A stretch of DNA of 64,000 nucleotides from Lingula anatina (lineage: Eukaryota > Animalia > Brachiopoda). Shown here piece by piece: positions 1 through 13,990 of the stretch. The translations under genes were made by a program, and so were the position numbers. The notes beneath the pieces are model-generated. The model saw only the letters and a program-made list of their open reading frames with translations. It searched no databases and was not told the DNA's origin. The stretch is taken from NCBI GenBank assembly GCA_051362555.1, contig CM120644.1:752954-816953 (forward strand), in the 5' to 3' direction. The first letter of the stretch is position 1, and each line of letters opens with the position of its first letter.

Positions 1-230
1 ATTGTACTTTACTGTCAACATTTTCTACCCACCCTGTACTTTACTATTAATCAATTACTGCCCACTAGTACATCACTGTTAATGAACTTTTAGCAACACT
101 GTACATAAGTGTTAACAAACTTCCACTCACCCTGCAATTGATAAAGTTTAACCAACCCTGTACTTTATTGTTCAATACTCTCTACCCACCCTGTAGTTTA
201 TGTTTATTAACTTCTACCTACCCTGTCAGT
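1..230. repeat. Degenerate ~35-40 bp tandem repeat (core tctacccaccctgtacttta)
   Basis: Recurring cccacc/ctgtac/ttta-ttaa units visible by eye in the UBR3 intron. Confidence 0.55.
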
Positions 231-652
231 GCCAGCTGTAGCAGGTGTGGTGACAGCCATTTCCAGCAGGTAAATACACAGGTAAATGATTGTCTCAGAC
301 ATTTGGGGTTCATACACTGCCTGGATAATTCATATATATCACATACATTACTATAACTACATCAGAGTTTATTACACAGATTACAAAGATTATAATAATG
401 TGTTTACTAAAAGACAAATGTTTAGGTGGTGGCTTATATCCTATTTAATGGAGTAAAACCTTATCATAAATCTGATGAGTACAAAAGAGGCATACAAAGA
501 TCTAGCTTGCTCTTTTTTTAACATGTGGCATCAACACAGTTTCACTACATTATATTGTAATTTGTCAACAAAAATTAAAGATTATTCTTGATACCATCTG
601 CATTGTAAAACCTGGCCAGTTTTCCTAATTTAATTAAAGCCGTAAACCCCAC

Positions 653-1464
653 CTTGTAGAGCACAGAGAAGATCATTCCATGGAAAGTCTTGCAGTGTAG
701 CAGACGTCTCAGACCCTGGTACTGCTCCGTCACTTGCCCCAGGGGTCTGAACGGAGGCCACGGGGACTGCTTCTCACTGTACTTGCCAACTTGTTGAATA
801 CTGGAAGAGGAGGAAATAAATGAAATAAATTATAAATAAATTAGCTTTTTTATCTCAGAGCATACTCTGCAACATAAGCCACTAGTCAGCAGTTAACGAC
901 TAGTATATTTGGCAATGAAACAGTAAAGTCGTTTTCAATAACTTTACTGGCAGAATTGTTTTAACCTTAAAGTTTGCAATAACCTATTTTTTACATGCTT
1001 TATTATACAAACAGACCTTGAAACAGAGCCCATATATTGGTTTTTTATTAGATCCATGTCACTAAAACACCAAAAACCTAAAAACACAAACTTCAGTAAA
1101 AAGTTGAACTCACTACTTGGTGTATCTGTCCATGGCCGCCTGCAGATCTTTCCTCTGAACTGCTCTCAGGCTTACAAACACAGGGTCAAACTCTTCCTCC
1201 CAGATAAAGTCTGAAAATGAAGCGTTACAAACAAAAGGTAATTTATCAGCAATACTAAAATACTTAATAATTAATATCTTCCTGAGGATTTCTTTCTCAA
1301 CAGATTCACCCTGCTGCCATACGATACTACAATACAATACAATACAATAAATTTTATTTCATGTCGGTTACAAATTGAATGGAAACATTAGCTTTACAGC
1401 TATTCTCCGACTGTATAAGGACAAAAACATATCTACAATAATGCAATATTACACATGAAGTCTA

Positions 1465-1496
<32 letters not shown>

Positions 1497-3342
1497 CGAA
1501 ATCTATTAAGATAACAATTTAGAAAAAAGAGAAAAAAGTTTTTTTTTTTATGGGAAATGTGCTGAATGCTATACCTAAATCAACTGTGAAAAACAGACAA
1601 TTTTACATACAATGCTCAATGATACAGTTATATAAACAATGTAAACATGACGTATTATTACACATTTTCACTAAAAGCATATAGGTTACACAGGCTACAT
1701 CTGCATTTGGGTCCTTCCCAAAGCCTTAAAAGTGATTTAAACTCATTTGAATTGATGCTTTGCTTTAAGTCATTTGAGAGATCATTCCATATTTTTGGCC
1801 CAAGATATGATAAGGATTTTTTGCCGTATGTCACTGTGTTAAATCTGGGAATATTTAGAGTCTTTTCTCCTCTAAGGTTGTAACTTGTTGTTCTTTCTTG
1901 GAAAAGGTCGGAGATGTAGGAAGGTGCAAGTCCATGTATAGCTTTGTAAACCTCAAGTGCAAGCATACGTAGCCTGTTCAAGTGCAGAGTGCTGAGGCCT
2001 GACATATTTAAAAGCTCGTCGTAACTGCTTGTGTGGTTGTCGTAGACAAATCTTAGACCCCTTTCCTGTATCTTTTCTAATTTTTTCATATTTCCCTCAC
2101 CACAAAAGTGCCATACTAACGGACAATAATTAAAGTTTGATAATGTAAAGTGCCTGAAAATGGCAAGCCGACTTGGGACATCTAGATGAGCTGAAAGCCT
2201 TTTCAGTGTGTTTAATTGACATGCTGTTTTTGAACATAATTCTGAAATGTGTTTGTTGAAAGTCAGTCTTGAGTCAAAGTAAACCCCAAGGAGCTTGACC
2301 CAAGGTTCTGGTTTCACTAATTTTCCATTGAAAGATAATTGCTCATCACTATGGTTGACTCCTGTTTTGCCAATAAAATAGCTTGGAATTTTTCAGGGTT
2401 AGCTTCCATCTCGTTTAAAGAGAACCAGTTTATAGCATTTTGTGCATCATATTCGAGCTCCCTTTTTAAGGTATCAAAGTCTGGGTGTGCAGCACTTAAG
2501 GTGTTATCATCTGCGTAGTTGTAGAGGTTACAATTTTCAATAGAATGAAAGATGTCATTTATGAAAATGTTGAACAGCAGGGGACCAATGATGGAACCTT
2601 GAGGAACACCTTTATGTAGATTTTCCCAACAGCTCAGAGTATCGCCGACTTTCACTCGCTGTTTTCTTTTACTCAAGTAGCTGTGCATTAAGTCTAAGGC
2701 ATTTTTGTCGAGACCATATGCCTCTAATTTGGCAAGTAGTAAAGTGTGTGGTATACTGTCAAATGCCTTCGATAGGTCCATTAGAACTGCGCCAACATAT
2801 TTGTTTTTGTCTAAACTTTGTTTCCAGTCCTCTACCATCTTGATCAAGAGTATATACGATATTATATATATATATACGATATTATATATATATATACGAT
2901 ATTAATCAGCGCATCTTCTGTCAATAGTTTGAAGAAGTAACATAAACTCTTTGTCTTTACATGAAGTCCAATGTTACAACAAAAATACTCTGACCATAAA
3001 CAACTTGTACTTATCATTTTCAAAACATGACTCTTAGAATTGGCATAAACAAGACAACTGGGCAGCAGACAGACTATTTGGTTCTAACTAAAACAAAGAT
3101 TCATCCCCATGGGGTTTTCTAAAACAAAGACTCACCTTTTGGCACATACATCCCCTGCTGCAGCTCACCACCAGCCTCAAATGTGGGGGCTTTATAATCT
3201 GCAACCTTGGATAGGAATAGAAACAAAGCCTTTCAGTATTTTCTCATATAAGTTTTAAGTTTTTCTCCTCTACTTTTTTAAATTGGTGTATGTAGATATT
3301 CCAATATTCTTCAGGTAAATACTACAAGCATGTGTAGTATTG

Positions 3343-3423
<81 letters not shown>

Positions 3424-6400
3424 GTAGGTTTTACACATACCTCTTTAAGAGTGGCTTCAAAGTCCTTGGTCTGCCCAGTGAGTCCACATTTCTCAGGCAT
3501 CAGGTCCATAAGCTGGCTGTGTGTCCTGTCTGCCACACACAGCAGAGCCACCATCTCCTTACGGGTCGTCTCTTTGTCATCCATGCCTGACACGATGAAC
3601 AACAGCAGTTAACGTCATAATATTTTATTTCTATATTATGCATTGCATGTACAAGGGACTTTATAGCTTTAGTCAGCCACGTCAAAATGCAAATTGTGTA
3701 AACTACAATTTTGTTTAATTCATCTTCCTATTATCAATTTATTTTGGCAATTGTGAACAGAGAGGAAAAAAGTGAAGCATTACATAAAACAAATAACATA
3801 CATTAAACTTAATCAGTTTAAAAAACTTAAATTAGAAGCTTTAAAAAAAGCCTAAAAGTGTATGTTCTCCAGTTATTTCATTTGAAGTAATTTCTCTACT
3901 GATCTTCAAAAATTGTATATTCCTTTCATCATAGCCGAGTTCTACTTCAGTTGCAAGATGCATCCATATCCATAATGAACTAGAAACTACAACTGTTCTT
4001 CAACTGACCTGTATGTAACCTGGTAGTCAGCAATGTTGTAAGGAAACTCAACATGCCTTCCACCATGGCTGGTTCTTTCTCAGCCTCCAGATACGGGTTG
4101 TGGTGAATTGGTGATAAAGTCAGCCAATCCTGAATGTGAAACCTTAAAGAAAATAATAATAATAATAAAACTTCAAACCTGCTTTTTGAAAAGAGAATAT
4201 TTATTTTTTTATCATACATTGTTTTTCAAAATAAGATTCAAATCAAAATCTTATAAACATATAGCTGAAAGGTGATAATTAAATACTTCTTTATTGTTGG
4301 TCTAAGTGTATACTCACCTCTCTATCACAGTGTGCAGAAAGTAGGTCGGGTCAAGGCCACATGCACACACCTGCAAGGGAAAAATACCATAATTCTTGGA
4401 AGTATCTAATATATGCATTTAATTTATTTATATTTCTTAACTATCTGATATGATTATACTTCTTAAGTGCCATAAATCATCATAATGCTTTTAAATGACA
4501 CAGTAAAAATTGTGAAGATGGAAAAGCAAGGTAAAACATCTGAAAATGTTGAAATTGATACAAAAGATCTTTCCAGACATATTTTTTGTTCTTTAATTAA
4601 TGCAAGCTGTGATCTACATTATCATTATGCACTTTTTTACTCACATAAAAGACATTGTTTCCTTTCAAAGTCATCAAAGTAAAAAAAAAAGCATTTTCAA
4701 GTCACAAGTGCTTTACATCTCAGTTTTATAATTTATTGTACTGTATGTTGTACTATTTATTGTATTGAATTGTATTGTATTGCACTAGTATTGTACTGTA
4801 TTGTATCAGAAATTAAGGCTACCTGCAGTAGGTACATGTCAGCATCAACCAGTGAGTTACAGAAGTGACACTGGATGCATTGTATTGTATGTTTATCTTA
4901 CCTGCAGTAGGTACATGTCAGCATCAACCAGTGAGTTACAGAAGTGACACTGGATGTAGGTCATAGCTTGACCTTTGATCTGAAGGCCATTCCTCACCCA
5001 CAGTCCACAGAATATCTCACAACATGCCACCTGGGAGATAACATTGAGAAATACCAGAATTCACAAGTGTTAAGACATGCTTCTACCGCATAATTATTCA
5101 TTTTAAAGATCGAAATAGAAGAATGACAAATGAACAGATTACAAATAGTAACAGCTTTAGAAATCGAGACTGAAAAGTTCGATGGGGGTGCATTATTTAG
5201 TTTTGTCCCTTGGAGAGATCTTCATCTACACACTCCATATTTTTTGACACTTGACACTCAATAATATTTCTTGTTCAATCAAATAGTAAGTGATAAATCC
5301 ATTCTTTTTAATTACATGTACAGTGTATTCACATATACTTTTCTATATATGTCCACATTTTCTCACCTGAAGTTGCAGCGGGTGCATCATGATCAGTTTC
5401 AGGGACTCTTCTTTTGGCAGCAGCTCCTTCAGCTGCAGGCCCTGCACGCGCACCGCGTTACTGAGGAAAATGGCCAGGTAGCGATGGAGCGGAATGTGGA
5501 AGGACACCTGCATAGGGTTAGGCTGGAAGATGAGATACAGAACGTTGGAAAAATTTTTTTGTTTGATGAACCGTCAAAGGTTTTGGTGACAGGATGAGAG
5601 ATGAAAGATGCATTTCATAATACAATCTATTTGTTGTTTTTATTACTCCTCTTACATGATAATTATCATATTATCAGCAATTATCATATTTCTAATCAAT
5701 ATTGAAATGTAAAATGGTTTTACTATCTTGAAAAAGAGCCATTACTACTTTAAGTGATATGTTCTTCCTTATGCAAGATAGCAGACCCCTTAATATTCTA
5801 ATCTTAGCCTAAATAAGACATATACATTGCCATTTAACTTATCCATGCATGCATTACAAATATATGGTATTCTGATGCAAGACATAAGTCCATAAAGTTT
5901 ATGTCTTCATTCATTTTGAATTTTTTTCATTTTCAAAACAGTACCGGTTACCTTGTACTAATTTGTTTATTATTATTTTTATTGTCTTAACTATTTTTCC
6001 AGAATGTTTCTAGCTCATTCTTATACTTAGCTGCATTCTCTACTTACTAGCACATTTTTTTTAGCAATTTATATTTTTTTCTGGAAGTAAAAGGCCAAAT
6101 GGGAGTTTAAACACACAATATTTCTCTTTCATTTCAAACGTGTCAATATTTTCTTTTACTCTACTGTGCTCCCAACATTCCACTAATCATAAGCACAAAA
6201 TGAAATTGCTAAATCGAGGGAAAACAAAACAAATCAATATATTAAGAAGCAAATGAAAGATGTCTATGCATGCAATTTTCAATTTGTGTTCAAGCACTCA
6301 AATATCCAAACTCTGATCAGTTTGTTTGTTCAGAGTTTCAAATCATGCTAGAAAAAACTTGACAAAATACTACTTTTTACATCTAATGCACATAAATCCA

Positions 6401-7339
6401 CCTCACATTTGTCTGGTAGTACGTCCTTTATTTGAAAAAGATTTTTAAAGAACATTTTTTTAAATTTCAAACTATTTAGATCCATAAAGCACAAAACAGA
6501 AGAAACTTTAACTCTAGAGCGCACTCTAGTCTTTCATATTATTAATTTTGATTCTTGGACTAATGATTTTTTGACTTAGAAAAAATTTCTTACTAGGATT
6601 ATAAGAATAACGGTATAAGACATAAGGTACAAAGCACATAATGACAATAATTTCCACTTAAGAATCATACAGCATGTGTTAAAGAAACACGTGCAAATGC
6701 TACAGACTTTTGAGGGTAAGAAAAAAGAAAACGGAAAGAAAATAAGAGCTGGAGCAAGAATGTCATACAATAAGACAACAATAAAAGTCCATTTTTATTA
6801 AGAACTGAGTCATTTGAGACATGTGAGACAGGCATCAAGGCAGACGACATAGAAGCACAGATATCTAGGTCAAACAAGAAGGGCCCAATCCATGCCACGT
6901 AAACCAAAGATCTACATACTTTGAAACTAATAAGCAAAGACCTGGACAGTTGTGGCACCTGAAATATAGGTGTCAGAGTCATCTAAGACAGACTTATCAA
7001 TGAACTCAAGAATAAACTGAAGACAAAATGAGAGAAAACGAAGAGAAAAGTGCACAATAAAGAGTTTAGACAAAGAGAAATACTGTGTGGTTTTCAAATT
7101 GCTTGCATCATGGCAAAAGTATCCACTATGATAACGACAGTTTAAATAATCAATTTCTTTAAAATTAGTTTCTGAGGGGGATTTGAACAGATATAAGCTC
7201 AATTTAGAACATAAAGAATGATTATTTCATTATCAAAATTATTCTTTTGATACCCCTTTGTGTGTAAAAAATTAAACATTTCATTAAGTACACAAATACA
7301 GGAACCAGCATATTAGTATTGAGGCCATCAGTTTAAAGA

Positions 7340-7378
<39 letters not shown>

Positions 7379-9116
7379 ATACATAAATAAATAAATATAA
7401 TAAAAGCTTAATATGTAAAGTTAAGGGACACATTTCACAATCATTCATACACTAAGTTCACCTTGAAAGCTCCTCTGAGATTGATGGCATCAAACCAGCT
7501 TTCCACTTCATCTAAGATGACAGACAAAACATCTCTGCTCAGTTTTTTGGACGCCTGAATTCACCAATACAAAACAGATGGATAAGGTTAAAGCAATAAA
7601 TGATATCTTTCATGAAATAAAACTGTCAGCACCTTCTGGTGTGAAGTTAACACACAGCTTTAAACAAATAAGCTAACTTCCACCAAACAATAGGGGAGAT
7701 GTAATAACAATTTGGGAGTAAAATCATTATTGAAGTGATCAACATAGAAGGTGAATCTAAATGTCATGTAGAACTTGTTTAATATGTAATTTCTACTTCA
7801 AGAATAATACTTCTGTTGCATCACCCTATATAGAATAAAAAATTACATTTTCACAAAAAAACTGGTTCGTTTTATTTTGTTTTTTAACAAGATCCATTAA
7901 AATTTCAAAACCATTTTCATTAAATGGTAATCAAAGTCTGCTTAGAGAATAGAAACAATATTATTATATATATAAGACTGTTATCTGCTGACACAAGTTG
8001 GCCCCTCATCCGGTCTAAATGGGTCTCTGTGTGAACTGACCTCATTCTTCAGGTGGCCCACCATTGACCACATGGGAGAAGCGCAGATTTCCAGCTCCGC
8101 AGAGAATGCAGCGTAATACGTGCCTGGCTCGTACTCCACGTGCTGCGTCAGCTCGCGCTGGTTGAGATTCATTCCTGTAAAAACACAAATAGATCAATAA
8201 ATAATTGCCATCAGGTTTCAATCAATGATTATTATAATAATCACTTACTATATGAGTTTAAAATTGATCTTTTGTTATTTTAGGGATAAAATGAACTCTT
8301 GGAGAAAATATCTGCGATTCTCCAAGACAAGAGTTCTGGAGAGTGAGACATCTGATTTTTCCAAAAGTCTAAAAACTGCTGTGCCCACTGTAGTTATTCA
8401 ACTTAATCTTTTTACAAACATTGTTTACAGAGCCTACAAATATTTTACTTATGTTAAACAAAGTGTATTTACTGTCATCCATTTCAGAACAAAACTGGGT
8501 GCAATACTTGAAAAGCCAACACCTAATAAGAAGTAACCAGCAGGGGTGTGTACAGAAGTGTCAGAAAACTTTCCCCCTCACCTTGAAAGTGAGATATCAG
8601 CTCCATCCACAGCTCTATCAGTGACTTGTTGTCCATGAAGATGTGTGCAATTGACTGGTGGGACAACACATTGATGAGGTCACTGATAATTGGCCAATAG
8701 CAGTGGTCCTTCATGATCTCCTGGCCACAGTCCGCCACAACATGGAAGTTGTTCTCTGCATCTGTGGAAATAAATAAATAAATACATAAATATATTGGTC
8801 TCTGCACCTGAGGAAATCAATCAATTAATTAATCAATCAAACAATATTTTCAAATTATCAGTATTTTAAGCTTTTTCGCTAAATCAAGCATATGTGTGGT
8901 AAAAGTCATCTTGAGAAAATATTCCTACTGCACAGATCAATGTATGAGGTGCAGAAAAATATTTGAGCTTAGTGCTTTCTGTAAACAACTTACAAAATTT
9001 TCCATATTCCAATAAACCTTGTTAAGTACATAAATAAATGTTATTCTCACGTGAGCAAAGATGATGATAAAAATACATGTAAATGTGTATGTGACTATAT
9101 GTGCATGTACACAGAC

Positions 9117-9176
<60 letters not shown>

Positions 9177-10976
9177 TGTGTGTGCACTTCCATGTATCTG
9201 TGCACATCTCACCTTGCATGTCACTCCCCGTGAGCACGTTCCCTATCATATGTTTCAAACTGACCACCATGATGTGTAACAGGTTATGTTCCAGCACCAT
9301 ATCTCTGGAGTACTTCTCATTACTAAATAACTGGACACTAATGTGGACCACTTTGTTAGCTATAGTGGACCTGTCCACTGAATTAACCAGAGCTATAGAG
9401 CTACGGCTGTAGTGCTGGACAAACGCCTTGATGAAACACACCTACAAATACAAGACATCAACTTGTAGTAGTGTCAATTACATTTTAACAGACTGAGTGT
9501 TTATTTTATCTGATTCATGAATGCAAATCCTATATTCTTCCTCAAACGACAGGACAAATAGCTTATTATAATGAAATACTCAAGGTATAATCTTTTTGTG
9601 AACGTAAGTCTACTCTAGTAAATGAACTTACATCAAGATGGAAAACTTGAGTGTTGTATTAATTTAACATTTAATTTCTATTTCTTTTTTTTATTTCTTT
9701 TTTCTTTAAACCCCCTCCCTCCCAGTTACCTTGAAATATTCATCTGGAAGTAAACTAAGCAGCAAAAAGACAATTTTCTGAGGGAATTCAAACTTTACTG
9801 TCCAAAACATAAGCTCCTCCAGGAGGGTGGTGTGCTTTAAATCTTGTTTTAGTCCTGGAATATCTGAAAGGACAGCAAAATAGTTTATCAATATTTAAAA
9901 AGAGTTTTAATAAACAAAAACAAATAGGAACTTCAAATCTGACCTATCTTTAACTGAAGATAAGACTAAATGGCATCACCAGATCATCTGTTGACAAGGA
10001 CTGCTTTCAGTTGCATCATTCAGTGCTAATTTTAATTTAAATTTTTTAATAATTTTATCAATATAAGACCAAGAATCAACCCACTCTTACTAGTAAAGTT
10101 CTCTGGTATACTGGGGCACCTCAGTGTCTGGAGAGCTGACAGGTAGTTGTCTTGATTGTGTAGTAGACTAAGTCTGGAGCGACTGTTTTCACCATCAGCT
10201 AGAAGAATTGAATATAACTTATTAAGAACTGAAGAACACATACTGAGGTCAAAACAGGAGAAAAAATTTGCTTGGATATTGGATTCATTGCCATAAATAA
10301 CCCACAAAGTGTCAGAGTATCAACAAATGCAAGCTTGAATGGGTATGAATAAATTGCTTTTTATTACTATCCCAGACTTCTACAACCTTCCCAAGTCATT
10401 CCATCCATGATCTCTACTCACTCTATGTAAAGTTTCTGTAGACCTGGGGGTTGGTGAGGGCTTCTTTCTTACACTGCCCCCCCCCCCCTCCATCCTGCGC
10501 TTCCGCCCTCCCTTAATTCCTCCATTATCTCTACTCACTCTCTGTAAAGTTTCTGTACACTTGAGGGTTGGTGCAAGCTGCTTTCTAACACTACCCCCTC
10601 TATCCTGCCCCCCCCCCCCCCCCCCCCCCATTCCTCCTTATTTTTATCTCTACTCACTCTCTGTAAAGTTCCTGTACACCTGTGGGTTGGTGAGGGCTCC
10701 TGTCAGGACTTGTTTCATGGCGGCACCCATCTCACTGAGAGAGTGGAGAAAGCTCAGGAACATGTCCGCATCCTGCATCGCCAGCAGGTAGGTGTCTAGC
10801 ATCTCTGAATGACAAAATAAGGGGAAAATAAATACAAATAAATAACTAAATATTTGATTAATTAAAAAAAATTTAATGACAGGTAAGTGTTTTATGCATA
10901 GGCCCTCTGTCCTCAGGTTAACTTAAGGTTATTTATAATATATATTATAATACACTTTCATGTATACATATAACTA

Positions 10977-11048
<72 letters not shown>

Positions 11049-11419
11049 TGACTCTAGGACTATGTAATATTATACCTGGTTGTGAGTTGTTCCTGAGATG
11101 ATGGACAAGTCTCACTAATAGTTTGGGCATCATGGCTTCAGCGACGGCCAGCAGCTCCTGTGGCGCCCCCACACTGGAGTCTGTTCTCCCTGGACCATGA
11201 CGGTTACAGAACCTACAATATACAGAGAAGATACGGTTCACTCTAAGACATACATGTATTGTGTCAAATAGCTGGGAAATTGCAAGATAATCAAAATATT
11301 ATGAAATTATGAAATTAATATCAATAACAGATGCACTTTTTTCTGAGAAAAATGATAAGATTTGTCAAAAACAAGTCGAAAGATAACTATAAAAACAATC
11401 AGCTCAAGACTGTTAAGTT

Positions 11420-11451
<32 letters not shown>

Positions 11452-12582
11452 AAACCCATTAATAAATCATTTCTCATTTATCCTGGAAATGTTATCAAAA
11501 TCTGTCCATAACTTTTAGACCTTTGTTATTTTTAAAATACTAACAAGCCAACATAGGCAAAACATAACCTTCTTAACAGATGTAATAAATGTAACTAAAA
11601 GGTTTACTGAGCACTAAATATGTATAGTGCAGTGACATTGACAGGGTTTCTAATCTATTAACTATACATATGCAAGGATTAAATACATGCCATATTTATA
11701 AATCACATGATAACTTCACATACAACATATAGATAAAGATTATATTTCCAATTTAGAATGAATAAATAAAATTAACCATCGTGACCAGCTAGTGACTAAT
11801 GTTATCTACTACAGCACATCTACCCACATAAAGCTGACCAATGATAATACCCCTACCCACTATGAGTGCATTCCCAGAGATTTAGATCGATCCACTGGGG
11901 TTCATACTAAATTGCAGTCAGCCGAGCGCGCACAACAGTAAATTACCCTCTTACAGCTTGTAGTAGGCGGGACAGACACTAACACCCCATTTCCATAGAT
12001 TTTTAGATCGATCTATCTCTGTGGGGAGTCTCACTAGATTACTGTCAGCTTGGCCGGCTTAAGCGTCTGTCCCGCCTACTAAAATCTTTAAGGGGGAAAT
12101 TAACTATGGTGCCCGCTCGGCTGACTGCAATTTAGCGTGAACCCCCAGGGAGTTAGGTCGATCAAAATCTTAATCTTTAGATCGATCTAAATCTCTGGGA
12201 AAGCACCCTTAAGCCGGCCAAGTTGACAGTAATCTTGTGAGACTCCCCACAGGGATAGAACGATCTAAAATCTATGGGAATGGGGTCTATGACACAGTGG
12301 ATTGAGAACAGCTGAGCATCAGTTTGCTTAACCATGCTATCCTAGCTAGGAAACAAGCAATTTACTACCCTCACACAATTTCTCCCAAAATAGATTTTCA
12401 ATTTTGCTTTCAATATTCCCGATCTAGATTTGCATATTAATCTATAGTCAATGGATGAGAGAAAGAATTGGGCTTTTCTAAGTTATGAGTCTGTTTGCAG
12501 TGGTATAAATTTCAGCAGTTGTTTTATATTAAGACTGTGGTTCATTTGTCTAAATAAGTAGACTGAAAAGTTGTAGACATAC

Positions 12583-12632
<50 letters not shown>

Positions 12633-13630
12633 CACTTACCCGTCAGCTTGCATAACACTGATGTCCCCGCAGTCGCAAGCTCCTCCTGCCTGGCTACGAA
12701 ACATGTTGAAATCATGCCCCGTGTGGTTCCCGGCCTGGAAGCAGTCGGCACACAGTGACATGCACGGGCTGATGCCGCATGTTCTGCAGCGATATGCAAC
12801 GAAATTTGACGTCCACACTAAACCACATGTTGTCGCATTGTCGTACTGTCTCACTGAAAATATAACATCAGGATTATTTCAATTTGTACTTAAAACCAGC
12901 ACAGATAATCAATATTTGAAACTAATAACATATTCACTTTTAATAGTCCAATTATAGATACTACCAGAGTTTTGGGTGCATGTGATGAAACTAAAGTTCA
13001 GTTTTATACTAATACTGTATCCTACATGTACTTGTAATATTGTATAAATTTATGTTGCTATGGCACAGCAGTAACCTGCAGAACATGGTGAAGTTATTAA
13101 ACATGCAGTGTTCAATCAATAAGATAAGATAATTAGGTACAACATAGCAGATCTGGCTCCCTGTACAAATAACAAACTAGACAGAACATTCTTACTCTAA
13201 CTCTCTTGTAACAAATGACGTTGTTTATAAATGCAAGCAGAAAAAGTGATATTATGACATATTATCTATAATCACATATCTATGACCCTATCCTAACAAA
13301 GTTGAAGTGAATTTGACGAGTCTTATTATAAATCCTGAACAACAACAGAGTCACAGCTGTCAGTAAAAATATAGTATCAGAGAAGACAGCATATGTATAT
13401 CAGTGACATATTGCTCCACCTGTTTTGGCGAAATCGTCAAAAGTTGTCCCCCCTGCCATCAGCCACCGGCACCAATCTAGCGTCTCAAAATCATCCAAAG
13501 TCTTTGATGGATCAAGCAGGTGCTCTAAGAGTTCGTTTAATTGCTGCTGCCCGCTCGGTCGCAGACATTCCGCCTTCATGTATTCGGCGACAGCCCGCTT
13601 CCCCCTCCTCATCAAAACATGGGTTGCCAT
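653..13630 (-). CDS. UBR3: E3 ubiquitin-protein ligase UBR3 (N-recognin family), 5' portion, 17 coding exons in window, continues beyond position 1
   Basis: Phase-consistent GT-AG exons: 13630-13420, 12853-12640, 11212-11076, 10804-10658, 10198-10091, 9863-9730, 9441-9213, 8761-8582, 8174-8041, 7554-7462, 5522-5367, 5030-4902, 4370-4318, 4142-4009, 3586-3441, 3205-3136, 1210-1114 and also 800-653 (18 counting this last one). UBR-box zinc finger [55 protein letters not shown]; UBR3-typical motifs [55 protein letters not shown]. Confidence 0.95.
1327..2850 (-). mobile_element. 5'-truncated non-LTR retrotransposon (CR1/L2-like LINE): RT C-terminal half, 3' UTR and microsatellite tail, in a UBR3 intron
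   Basis: ORFs 2847-2317 and 2317-1658 join by one frameshift. RT motifs [33 protein letters not shown]; C-terminal [11 protein letters not shown]; minus-strand AATAAA followed by a (TATTG)n tail near 1330-1358; atacgata present at both junctions (1319-1326 and about 2854-2861). Confidence 0.92.
3345..3417. repeat. (TG)n(AG)n microsatellite; others at 9120-9184 (TG), 10976-11047 (AT), 12586-12630 (CA), 40883-40926 (TA) and poly-A at about 62268-62320
   Basis: Directly visible simple repeats; several lie close to UBR3 donor sites. Confidence 0.95.
11864..12287. mobile_element. Tourist/PIF-Harbinger-like MITE containing an inverted copy of its own family (inner copy about 11983-12208)
   Basis: Outer ends gagtgcattcccagagatttagatcg ... 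ctatgggaatggggtc, flanked by tat/tat; inner reverse copy flanked by taa/taa. Matches the uninterrupted copy at 41402-41625. Confidence 0.85.
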
Positions 13631-13990
13631 ATTTGTTGTTTCTTACTCGGCCATCCTCGGCTGTTTCCGGTTCAGTGACGAATTCTTTCCCGAGTGCGAA
13701 ATTACGATGGATAAAGTTAGTTTACGTACCTAAATAACATGATTTACCTCATAATTCTTTAATATATGCGTTCTCTGTGATATTGCATGGTGGTGTTGCT
13801 GCGAAAATATTCAATATTTTAAAAAAAGAAATCGTGTTTTTAATGAAGGCCCCATCTCGCGGGAAATGTGAAATTGAGGTTTGTTGGCGCGAGACGCATT
13901 TGCTGTTTACACAACAATGGAATATTTCACAAATTGAGGGAACTAGCTGTTTGGATTACTCTATAACAAGTTGGAATATTTTGTAAGTAT
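13631..13990. promoter_or_regulatory. Putative bidirectional promoter shared by UBR3 and BRCA1, with E2F-like sites
   Basis: The two ATGs are about 900 bp apart (13630 minus, 14528 plus). Local CpG enrichment; GCGGGAAA at 13859-13866 and TTGGCGCG at 13884-13891; candidate BRCA1 non-coding-exon donor gtaagt at 13983 and acceptor at 14516. Confidence 0.6.

Noticed and set aside
6500-7200. Possible retroelement remnant (VLDDSDTY, Penelope-like) and small hairpin ctagagcgcactctag in a UBR3 intron
   Set aside because: Only one short motif, many stops and no definable ends; cannot be supported without a search.
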